From Candidatus Brocadiia bacterium (GTDB lineage Bacteria > Planctomycetota > Brocadiia > SM23-32): a stretch of DNA of 64,000 nt. Of this stretch, positions 10,570-19,022 are shown piece after piece; position 1 is the stretch's first letter; every line of letters starts with the position of its first letter. The notes beneath the pieces are model-generated. The model saw only the letters and a program-made list of their open reading frames with translations, had not been told where the DNA came from and did no database searches. Made by a program: the position numbers and the translations under genes. The stretch spans positions 64,001 through 128,000 of the forward strand of contig JBKHIT010000001.1 of assembly GCA_046538485.1 (NCBI GenBank). Direction: 5' to 3'.

Positions 10570-11199
10570 TCATGGCTCCAGAGGATTCTGTTCCTTGCGC
10601 TCTCTTTTGCGCCTCCGTTTCCAGTAGAGCCGCTCGGTGAAACCGCCTTTGTTTTCGAAGGCATCGGCTTGTGCTGCCAACTGGCGCCGGAGCAGCGCCG
10701 TGTCCACGGCGATCAGCGCGAGGGCTCCGTTGGCGGCGATGCCGGAATAAGTGGACCTTCCAGACTGTCTACTGTGTCCACCGGGTCCATCGTTCCGGTG
10801 TTCCCGGTCGTGCACTTCGTGCACCCACTCGGCGAACTCCTCAACCGTCTCGCATCGCCGATGGATCAGCCCATCCCGACGGGGATCATCCTGATCCCAC
10901 TGGACCAGATTGCGCTGCCGCAGGAAATCCTCGTAATCCAGTGCCAGTTCCTCCAGGCTCGACCGGGCAACGTTGGTCAGCTTCAATTCGGTCTTTTTGG
11001 ACGTGGCGGAGGCTTTACTACCCTCGGCGATATTCTGGACGCCCGACCGGGCCGCCTGGACCATCTGGTCGTAGGTGCGGCTGCGTTTGTCGATGTAGCG
11101 ATCACAGAACCGGACGGTGATGTCGTAGATCAACCGGGCGATCTGGAAGGTTTTCAGGTTGCGGTAACCACCGTGGGCGGGGATAAGGTCGTCGCTCAA
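10570..11199 (-). CDS. Four-helix-bundle protein with suffix domain (TIGR02436/TIGR04258-like)
   Basis: HGGYRNLKTFQ, DQMVQAARSGVQNIAEGS, TELKLTNVARSSLEELALDYEDFL, GGFTERLY; TTG start with GGAGG 7 nt upstream. Confidence 0.9.
   Translation of the reverse strand: MSDDLIPAHGGYRNLKTFQIARLIYDITVRFCDRYIDKRSRTYDQMVQAARSGVQNIAEGSKASATSKKTELKLTNVARSSLEELALDYEDFLRQRNLVQWDQDDPRRDGLIHRRCETVEEFAEWVHEVHDREHRNDGPGGHSRQSGRSTYSGIAANGALALIAVDTALLRRQLAAQADAFENKGGFTERLYWKRRRKRERKEQNPLEP
10751..10790. repeat. Degenerate copy of the nonamer array inside the four-helix-bundle CDS
   Basis: GTGGAC 10751, tTCCAG 10758, GTCTAC 10767, GTCCAC 10776, GTCCAT 10785; encodes the linker DGPGGHSRQSGRST. Confidence 0.8.
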
Positions 11200-11236
11200 A
11201 ACGGAACCTCCTGGAAAATCAAAAGGAATAACCAGA

Positions 11237-11312
11237 GTGGACCATCTGGACAGCGGGGACCACGTGGACAATTTGGGGCGTCCAGATTGTCCACGCCGTC
11301 CACCAGGTCCAC
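11237..11312. repeat. 9-bp-period inverted repeat array (4+4) upstream of the four-helix-bundle gene
   Basis: Units at 11237, 11246, 11255, 11264; 10-nt loop; 11280, 11289, 11298, 11307. Confidence 0.9.
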
Positions 11313-11589
11313 TTCGCCCTTATTACTACACTATCCCGCCATTTATGTCCATAATTCTCAAGAATGTCATTCGGCAGCCACCGGTCCAAACAACCGTTTT
11401 TTCGTAATTTCTGGTGAAAGGAATCGGTTTGAATTGTTCATAGAATACATAAGGCTGGTAAAATAACGTTATAGCCAATGCCGAACGAACAGGCCCGGAT
11501 GTTGACCCCACTCACCGGGAAACCGCGTGGATGGCGGTGGAGTTCTGTTTTGCCGGTTCTTACAATCACTTTACTGGAGGAAGATGGTC

Positions 11590-12195
11590 ATGAGACGAAC
11601 AATGATCGTTGTGTTGATCGCAGGAATGATGTTGCTCGCTGGTTGTGGCAAGGAAAATGGAACTGAGTCCTCTTCGGGCGGTTCGGCCGGCATGAGCCAG
11701 GAGGAAAAGGTGGCCATGTACAATCGCTTCACCGAGTTCGCCCAGGCCATCATGAAGGGTGACATGGACGAGGTGAAGGAACTGGCCGGTAAGGAGGAAT
11801 ACCTGGACGCACGCGGCGGCAGCGGGGCCAGCCCCCTGGTCAGCGCCATGTCGCTCAACAAGCCGGAGATCGCGAAACTGCTGATCGAAGAGGGGATCAA
11901 ACTTGATTCTTGGGCCATCAGCGAGTGCACGAACATCCAGGATGAGAAAAAGAGAATGGAGATCGTCAGGTTGCTGATTGAAAAGGGCGCCGATGTGAAC
12001 GCACGTGGCAGCGCCGACCTGACGGCTCTCCATAAAGCCGCCGCGGCCGGGGACGTCGATCTCGCCCGCCTCCTGCTGGAGAACGGAGCCGATCCCAGTC
12101 TCAAAGATAAACAGGGCAAAACCCCTCTGGATCACGCGAAAGAACACGATAACCAGGAGGTGATCCAGTTGCTCAAAAAACACGGTGCCATATGA
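11590..12195 (+). CDS. Ankyrin-repeat lipoprotein
   Basis: Lipobox LLAGC; GADVNARG..TALHKAA and GKTPLDHA; GGAGG upstream. Confidence 0.9.
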   Translation: MRRTMIVVLIAGMMLLAGCGKENGTESSSGGSAGMSQEEKVAMYNRFTEFAQAIMKGDMDEVKELAGKEEYLDARGGSGASPLVSAMSLNKPEIAKLLIEEGIKLDSWAISECTNIQDEKKRMEIVRLLIEKGADVNARGSADLTALHKAAAAGDVDLARLLLENGADPSLKDKQGKTPLDHAKEHDNQEVIQLLKKHGAI

Positions 12196-12292
12196 GACCG
12201 ATGCCTGAGCGAGTTGTGGCTGCGTCTCCCGCCCGGCCACAACTCGCAAACGCGAAACGCAGTGTAAGCTCATAGAAAGGCGGGTGGAACAA

Positions 12293-12970
12293 ATGCGACT
12301 TCAGCAAGCGCCAAGAAACATTGTCCTTGCGCACGCCCTTGTTGGCGTGGTACTCCTGAGTGGAGGCTGCGCCCCGGAGGGGCCGGCAACGCTTCAGGAC
12401 TTTTTCGGGGCCGTCGTGAAGGGTGACGTGGCGCAGGTCAAAGCCGGAATCCATCATCACCCCGAATGGGTCAGGGTCACCGACGCGGAAAACTACAACC
12501 GCACCGCCCTGCATAAGGCGGCCGGACACGGGCATCAGCAAATCGTTGAGTTCCTGCTCGCGAAAGGGGCCGACATCAACGCCCGCGACAAGCTCGGCTA
12601 CACCCCGCTGATGTTTGCCATCCACGGACGGAAAAGCGAGGTGGCAGTGTGGTTGATCGAGAAAGGGGCCCGGGTGAACGTCAAAGAGAAGAACGGCTAC
12701 ACGGCTCTGCACAACGCCGCTTTCGCCGGCATGCCCAAAGTTGTCATGGCGCTTGTTCGTCATAAGGCAGCCCTGAACGCGAAGGCCGGTCGCGAGACCC
12801 CGCTGCATCTTGCCGCCCGGGAAGGACACGTGGACGTGGCGCGGATCCTCCTGGAGAACGGCGCCGACGCCAACGGCGGGAGCGGTGGATTTGGGACCCC
12901 GATGAGCCTGGCCTCGATGGGGGGACACGAGGAAATTGTCGAACTGCTGAAAGAATACGGTGCGGAATGA
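12293..12970 (+). CDS. Ankyrin-repeat lipoprotein
   Basis: Lipobox-like LSGGC; about five ankyrin repeats (TALHKAA, GYTPLMFA, TALHNAA, TPLHLAA). Confidence 0.9.
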   Translation: MRLQQAPRNIVLAHALVGVVLLSGGCAPEGPATLQDFFGAVVKGDVAQVKAGIHHHPEWVRVTDAENYNRTALHKAAGHGHQQIVEFLLAKGADINARDKLGYTPLMFAIHGRKSEVAVWLIEKGARVNVKEKNGYTALHNAAFAGMPKVVMALVRHKAALNAKAGRETPLHLAAREGHVDVARILLENGADANGGSGGFGTPMSLASMGGHEEIVELLKEYGAE

Positions 12971-13017
12971 GTCTCGATAGAACCAACTGAGCGGCGCCAG
13001 AGCGCCCGAAAAGGAGG

Positions 13018-14625
13018 ATGATCATGAATTGGAGATCGGTGTGTGCGCCAATCGTCGTCGTGGTGGTCCTGGCCGGCTGCGGCCAGGAAGAGAACGGCGG
13101 GGCGGGGTCAGATAGGAGCACGGTCCGTCAAGAAAATGCTCCCTCCGCAAAAACACAGCCTGCCACCCCGGCCCCCGAGCCGCCTCCCCCGCCGGAGAGT
13201 TTCGGCGTACACATCATTCCCGTAGAAGAGGACGGACCGCCCGCACAGCCGGTTATATGGGATGACTACAACATCAACAACGTCCCCATCGCTCCGGGGT
13301 TGAAAGAGGTGAAAGCCAAATACGATATCCCGGATCATCCCGCGGTTAAGGCCCTCGGCCACAAGGCGTTTCACGCGGACCCGTTCTACGTGGAGCGGAA
13401 CTCGGATGATCGTGAGACCACCCCCTACAGTTTCCGGCAGTTCACCACTGATCGGGATATCATGAGTGCGCTGAACTGGTACAGGAGCGTTGCCTTCCAG
13501 AAGCCACCAAAACCGGGCGGATCCACTCTGAACGGCCCATTCTCGGACGGCTGTGCGGCTACGTTCAACGCCAACAACGCCTACAATTACATCGTCGTTT
13601 CGGGAATCAAACACCCCCAGACAGGACAGGTCACCGTCTACGTCCTCCATTACACCGACCCGGACAAGGAACCCCATCCCACGCTGTTGGATATCCCCGA
13701 TGAGATACGGAAGCATCTCGTGAAACTCAGCGCCACCAACTGGCGCAAGCGGGAACGGGCCGCCGGCAGCCTCGCGGAGATGGGCAAAGAGGTCGTCACC
13801 CCCCTGCTGCGTTGTCTTACCGTGCGCGATAGTAACATCCGCTCGGGGGCCACACGGGCGCTGGCACAGATCGGCAAGCCCGCTTTCGGACCGATGATGG
13901 AAAACTTTGAAGATGCCGACGAAACCTATCAGCAGGCTGCCCTGCAGGTGCTCGCATCGACGGAGGCCGAATTGCCCAAAGAAACCGCTGATCTGGTTCT
14001 GCCGCTCCTGGAAGGCAGGACCCGGCATCAGGCGGTGCCGGTTCTGGCAAAAACCGGGGATTCCCGGGCCGTCGATCCCCTCATCGAGTGCCTCGAGGAC
14101 GAAAACCAGCACGTTCGCCGCGCAGCGGCCAAAGCCCTCGCCCAGATCGGAAGCAACAAAGCGGTGCAGCCGCTGGCCGAACTGCTCGCTGATGAAAAGG
14201 ACCTTGTCCGCCGGACGGCCATCGACGCGCTGGGCCAGATCGGCAGCCCCGCGACCTTTGGGCCGCTGAACCGGTGTCTGAAAAGCGAGGACAAAACACT
14301 CAGGAAACGCGCCATCCGCTTCGTTGGCAAAAGCGGCAATGAAAAGGCCATCCCGGCTCTTCAGAAGATCGCCCTCAACGACAATTCGCAGCAGGCCGTC
14401 CGTGCGATCAGCAAAATCGGCGGCGATAAGGCCGTTGAAGCGCTCGCACGTTGTCTGAAGCATGACGACCAGAATATGCGCATGGTGACAATAGAGATCC
14501 TTGGCAAACTCGGCGGGCCGAAGGCCAGGGCCGCCATCAAAACGCGTCTCGACGATGAGAATGAGATGATACGGAGATGGGCCAAGATGACACTGAAGAA
14601 GCTGGAGAACACAGAGAACAAGTAG
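13018..14625 (+). CDS. Lipoprotein with Pro-rich linker, unknown domain and C-terminal HEAT repeats
   Basis: Lipobox VLAGC; PAPEPPPPP; repeated AVDPLIECLEDENQHVRRAAAKALAQIG units. Confidence 0.9.
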   Translation: MIMNWRSVCAPIVVVVVLAGCGQEENGGAGSDRSTVRQENAPSAKTQPATPAPEPPPPPESFGVHIIPVEEDGPPAQPVIWDDYNINNVPIAPGLKEVKAKYDIPDHPAVKALGHKAFHADPFYVERNSDDRETTPYSFRQFTTDRDIMSALNWYRSVAFQKPPKPGGSTLNGPFSDGCAATFNANNAYNYIVVSGIKHPQTGQVTVYVLHYTDPDKEPHPTLLDIPDEIRKHLVKLSATNWRKRERAAGSLAEMGKEVVTPLLRCLTVRDSNIRSGATRALAQIGKPAFGPMMENFEDADETYQQAALQVLASTEAELPKETADLVLPLLEGRTRHQAVPVLAKTGDSRAVDPLIECLEDENQHVRRAAAKALAQIGSNKAVQPLAELLADEKDLVRRTAIDALGQIGSPATFGPLNRCLKSEDKTLRKRAIRFVGKSGNEKAIPALQKIALNDNSQQAVRAISKIGGDKAVEALARCLKHDDQNMRMVTIEILGKLGGPKARAAIKTRLDDENEMIRRWAKMTLKKLENTENK

Positions 14626-15025
14626 TATGAAATTCGTCAGCGACAAGGAGGGGTCGCACTGCTCGTTGCTCCCCCTCTACAGGCTCAAAATGGTTCTCAG
14701 AAGGGCCGGGAACGCAGGAGCCGGAGGTGCTCGCCGACCTGGTGGTCACAACATTGGTCCGACATCAAGTTTTGGCCATAGCATATCATTGCCTAGCAAC
14801 AGGTTGCAACAATTATGCGGGGTTCTTAGAGGGCTTTTAAAGCCGATTTTCGGGAACTCGCAATCGCCCGTAAGAGAGCGAGCTCTATCGGGCAATCCTG
14901 ATTTTGGAGGCGGCCAATCTGCTTTACAAAGAATCTCACCGGTCAACCGTAGAAAGTCTGAGCAAATTCATGCTCACCCAGCCGCGAAACGACCTGCAGC
15001 GGAGATTCCTGCGAGCCGGGGCGGC

Positions 15026-15054
15026 TTGCTTGCTCGGCAGTCAGCTGGTAGAAT
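15026..15054 (+). promoter_or_regulatory. Putative sigma70 promoter
   Basis: TTGCTT-17 nt-TAGAAT with extended -10 TG, 60 nt upstream of the GTG start at 15115. Confidence 0.5.
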
Positions 15055-15114
15055 TTGCGGTCTGTGACGGATTGTGATCAGCAAACTTTATCGTTCCCCC
15101 GTAAGGAGCAAGAT

Positions 15115-15855
15115 GTGAATCTACCTGAAATCGGCGTGCAATCGTTCACCTACCGGCAGTTCGATATCCCGGGTATCATCAAGGAATTGAAAGATACCGA
15201 CATCACGGCATTGGAACTCTGGGGCAAACATCTGAATCCCGACATGGATCCGGATGAAATCGAAAAAGCCAAAAAACAGCTCAGCGATGCGGGTATGCGT
15301 GTATGCGGCATCGGGGTTTGCTCTTTCAGTTCGGAGGGCCCCGGAGAGATCCGGAAAACTCTCGAGTTTGGAGCCGATCTGGGCTGCGATTACGTCAGTA
15401 TCGACGTTCCAGCCGACGATAATGATGCCAAAGAAGAACTGGTGGAACGGGCCAAAGAATTCAGCCTGCTGCTTGGTATTCATAACCACGGGCCGGGTCA
15501 CCATTATGATACGGCCCAGAGCGTTCTGGAAAGCTGTGAAGGATATGATTCCGTTCTGGGTGCTTGCGTAGATTTTGGCCACTACCTCCGCGTTGACGAA
15601 ACACCTGAACAGGTTATCGAAACTCTCAAAGACCGGGTCAACGCGGTCCATCTAAAAGATTTTATCGACGCCGATACGGAAGTCGTGCCGGGGACAGGAA
15701 AACTGGACTACGGAGCAACGCTGGACGCGCTTGAGGAGAAAACCGGATTTGATACCGCGTTTGTGATTGAATTTGAAGCGGATCCGGACAATCCGACTGC
15801 AGGGATGCAACAGACCGTTGGTGTATTCAAACAGGCGCTGGAAAAACTTCAGTAA
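15115..15855 (+). CDS. Sugar phosphate isomerase/epimerase (xylose-isomerase-like TIM barrel)
   Basis: GIHNHGP, ACVDFGH, VHLKD, GTGKLD and IEFE motifs; AAGGAG before GTG. Confidence 0.85.
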   Translation: MNLPEIGVQSFTYRQFDIPGIIKELKDTDITALELWGKHLNPDMDPDEIEKAKKQLSDAGMRVCGIGVCSFSSEGPGEIRKTLEFGADLGCDYVSIDVPADDNDAKEELVERAKEFSLLLGIHNHGPGHHYDTAQSVLESCEGYDSVLGACVDFGHYLRVDETPEQVIETLKDRVNAVHLKDFIDADTEVVPGTGKLDYGATLDALEEKTGFDTAFVIEFEADPDNPTAGMQQTVGVFKQALEKLQ

Positions 15856-16024
15856 CCTTGACGCACCTCTCCCGGCGTTCTATCATACCTGATGGCTCGG
15901 ATTCGGCGGACGACAAGGCCTTTTTTGGGTATTTTTGTGCAAAAACCGCCACAATGCGCGATCCGTTTGCGGGTTTTTTGTCTCCACTGCTTGCAACTCG
16001 TTGTGAATTCTTTTGCCGGGGGCC

Positions 16025-17719
16025 ATGGCCGTGAAGATATCACAGGTTCTCAAAGCCCCACGTCGCACACGTCGGGTCAGTCATATTGTGCGGGTATGCG
16101 CCGGTCAGGGTCTGGGCTTTTTCATAGCCAAACTCAACATACGGCAGTATCTGCCAAGCTGGGCCCGCATTCCAACCCCCGGTGAGAAATCCCGCCCCCC
16201 TGACCTGCCGAAGCGTTTCGCCCGCACTCTGGAAGAACTCGGGCCGACATTCGTGAAATTCGGTCAGACGCTCTCCACGCGCGCCGACGTGCTGCCTCCC
16301 GAATACATCAGGGAACTGCAACGAATCTGCCACCATGTCGCCCCATTCCCCGGGAAAACTTCTCATAAGATTATCGAGGATGAACTCGGCCGCCCCATTA
16401 AAGAGGTCTACGAGTCATTTTCTGAGGAACCGATTGCCAGCGGATCGATCGCCCAGGTTCACGGGGCAAAACTGCTCGACGGCGAAGAAGTTGTCGTCAA
16501 AGTGCGCCGGCCGGGAATCGAACAGATCATCGAAGACGACCTCGCCATTATGAAGTTTCTTGCGGAACAGGCCTACCGCCTGGAAGAATTCGAGGGTTTG
16601 CAGCTGCCGATGCTTGTGGATGAATTCGCCCAGGGGATCCGACGGGAACAGAACCTTCTAACTGAAGCCGCCAACACCCATAAATTCCACTCGGCCTTCG
16701 AGGAAGATGAAAAACTCGTTGTGCCCCGTGTGTACTGGGATTTTTGTTCGCCCGGCGTGCTGACAATCCAGAGGCTCGAAGGAACTTTCTTGAACGAACT
16801 CGAGGGCGAAGCAGCTTCCAGTGAGGGAAAAAGCGAATTGGCCCGGATAATTCTCGACCGTTTTCTGACGCAATTTTTCAGCCTCGGCGCATTCCACGCC
16901 GATCCGCACACGGGAAACATTCTGATCATGGACGGCGGTCAAATTGGGCTTATCGATTTCGGTTTGGTCGGCAAATTGGGCAGCACCCTTCGATCCCATC
17001 TCAGCAATTTTGTGATTGCGCTCGGGAATCAACAGCTCGAACTGGCCGCGGAAGTAATCGAGGAAATGGGATCCGTACCGACCGATATCAACGACGAAGA
17101 TTTCAGGAGCGAAGTCAGCGAACTATTGGAGCGGTATTATGCCATACCTTTCGAGCGCATCGACCTGCAGAGATCTTTCCAGGAAATCATGCAGGTGGTC
17201 CGCAAATACGGCATCGTAATGCCCCGCGATTTTGTGCTCCTGGGGAAATCACTGGTCAGTATCGGGGGGATCGTGATGCAGCTCGATCCTGAGATAAACG
17301 CCGCTGAACTGGCCACCCCCTATGCCCGCAAGCTCGCCCTGGGAAAACTCTCACCGAAATCGCTCAAGAAATCCCTCACCTCCAGCCTTTATCATCTTTC
17401 GATGCTCATGAAAAGCGCTCCTCGGGAAATCCGAAGGCTGTTGCGCAAACTCCGCGAAGGCGGCCTGGAATTCAGCATTGATCATCGAGGGCTGGACCGA
17501 TACCTGAAAGACCTTGATAAGACGGGCAATCGCCTCGCTCTCAGCATCATGCTCGCCGCCATTATCATATCGTCGACATCCATCATGACCACGGAACTTG
17601 GTCCCACCATCAACCTGCTGGGATGGGAAGCGAGCGCGCCGGGACTGATCGGCTATCTGTTCGGGTTCCTGCTCGGCGCCTGGCTGGTAATCGGCATCTT
17701 CCGTTCCGGCCGAATCTGA
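16025..17719 (+). CDS. ABC1/UbiB family atypical protein kinase
   Basis: LGPTFVKFGQ, PIASGSIAQVH, VVVKVRRP, FHADPHTGN, IDFG; C-terminal TM helices. Confidence 0.93.
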   Translation: MAVKISQVLKAPRRTRRVSHIVRVCAGQGLGFFIAKLNIRQYLPSWARIPTPGEKSRPPDLPKRFARTLEELGPTFVKFGQTLSTRADVLPPEYIRELQRICHHVAPFPGKTSHKIIEDELGRPIKEVYESFSEEPIASGSIAQVHGAKLLDGEEVVVKVRRPGIEQIIEDDLAIMKFLAEQAYRLEEFEGLQLPMLVDEFAQGIRREQNLLTEAANTHKFHSAFEEDEKLVVPRVYWDFCSPGVLTIQRLEGTFLNELEGEAASSEGKSELARIILDRFLTQFFSLGAFHADPHTGNILIMDGGQIGLIDFGLVGKLGSTLRSHLSNFVIALGNQQLELAAEVIEEMGSVPTDINDEDFRSEVSELLERYYAIPFERIDLQRSFQEIMQVVRKYGIVMPRDFVLLGKSLVSIGGIVMQLDPEINAAELATPYARKLALGKLSPKSLKKSLTSSLYHLSMLMKSAPREIRRLLRKLREGGLEFSIDHRGLDRYLKDLDKTGNRLALSIMLAAIIISSTSIMTTELGPTINLLGWEASAPGLIGYLFGFLLGAWLVIGIFRSGRI

Positions 17720-17795
17720 AGACCGGCTCGCCGATTCCACCGTGAAAGACAACAACCGTGCTGATTCGGATACAGAATAAAAGGAGGACAAAACG

Positions 17796-18992
17796 ATGGA
17801 ACAGACTCTCCAATACATATTGATCGACTCGGCCCGGAATATTCGTCGGGAAGGCTGGCAAATTGATAGCAGTGTGGTCGCCGATTACGACGGGCCGCCG
17901 TGGTGCGTGACGAAATATATGCTGCATGGTGGCAAGCAGGAAGGCGTTGACGCGTTGGAAATTGACAACGGAGAGATGACAGTCACTATCATTTCCACCC
18001 GGGGTATGAACGTCCTGCAGGCTTGCACTGCCGAGACAACACTCGGATGGCAGAGCCCGGTCCGCGAAGTGGTGCATCCAGCTTACATTCAGGAGGAATC
18101 GCGCGGAGGACTCGGATGGCTCGAAGGTTTTAACGAATTGGTCGCCCGCTGTGGCCTCGAAAGCACGGGCGCCCCCGGCGAGGACACCATCCGTGATAAC
18201 CAGGGGAATGAGGCCACGGTGACATTGCCTCTCCACGGTCGTATTTCCAACACCCCCGCCAGCCGGGTATGGATCTCCGTCGACATGGGAGAACCTTACA
18301 AAATCACAGTCAGCGGAGAACTCTACGATACGCGAATGTTCGGACCCAACTATAAACTCCAGGCCAACCTTTCGATGATTCCGGGAGAAGCCGCTTTTAC
18401 AATCAATGACAACGTCACAAACATCGGGGGCGAAGCTGCGGAATTGGAACTACTGTATCATTGCAATTTTGGCGGTCCCCTGCTCGGCGAAGGATCTCGC
18501 CTCGTCGCTCCGGTCCAGAAGATGTCCCCGCGGGACGAAGTCGCTCTGGAAGGACTGGAAAATTGGAGCACCTACGGCCCACCTCAACCGGGTTTCGTGG
18601 AACAATGTTATTATTTCATTCTTGGGACCGATAAGAACGGCGAAGCGCCCGTCGCGCTTGTAAGCCCCCAAGGCAAATTAGCCGCCACATTACGGTTCGA
18701 TACAACAGCGCTTCCAGCTTTCACGATCTGGAAAAACACGGCCGCTACGGCGGATGGCTACGTCACCGGCCTGGAACCGGGAACCGACTACCCGAATCAT
18801 CGTGGTTTCGAACGCGAAAAAGGAAGAGTCGTGCAACTCGATTCGGGAGATTCTTACGCCACGAAAATGACAATCGGTCTGACCACTGGCGGCGGTCAGG
18901 TCGCTTCGCTCTGCGAAGAAATCGAACAGATTACAGCGGGTCAAGACGTCGAAATTTGCACCGCGATCGACCCCGACCTATCGCCAGCCTGA
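17796..18992 (+). CDS. Aldose 1-epimerase family protein (DUF4432-like)
   Basis: LHGGKQEGV, GLGWLEGFNE, LHGRISN, LYHCNFG, YVTGLEPGT. Confidence 0.85.
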   Translation: MEQTLQYILIDSARNIRREGWQIDSSVVADYDGPPWCVTKYMLHGGKQEGVDALEIDNGEMTVTIISTRGMNVLQACTAETTLGWQSPVREVVHPAYIQEESRGGLGWLEGFNELVARCGLESTGAPGEDTIRDNQGNEATVTLPLHGRISNTPASRVWISVDMGEPYKITVSGELYDTRMFGPNYKLQANLSMIPGEAAFTINDNVTNIGGEAAELELLYHCNFGGPLLGEGSRLVAPVQKMSPRDEVALEGLENWSTYGPPQPGFVEQCYYFILGTDKNGEAPVALVSPQGKLAATLRFDTTALPAFTIWKNTAATADGYVTGLEPGTDYPNHRGFEREKGRVVQLDSGDSYATKMTIGLTTGGGQVASLCEEIEQITAGQDVEICTAIDPDLSPA

Positions 18993-19022
18993 GATACACA
19001 ACTGCTCATAAAGGAATAAGGA

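Noticed and set aside
10499..11312. CRISPR array
   Set aside because: Units are 6-bp cores with 3-nt spacers, far too short, and no cas genes are present.
10378..11466. 362-aa plus-strand ORF
   Set aside because: Antisense shadow of the four-helix-bundle gene, kept open partly by the 9-bp repeats.
14640..15020. tRNA or att site at the end of the lipoprotein islet
   Set aside because: No cloverleaf, T-loop motif or matching direct repeat could be identified by eye.
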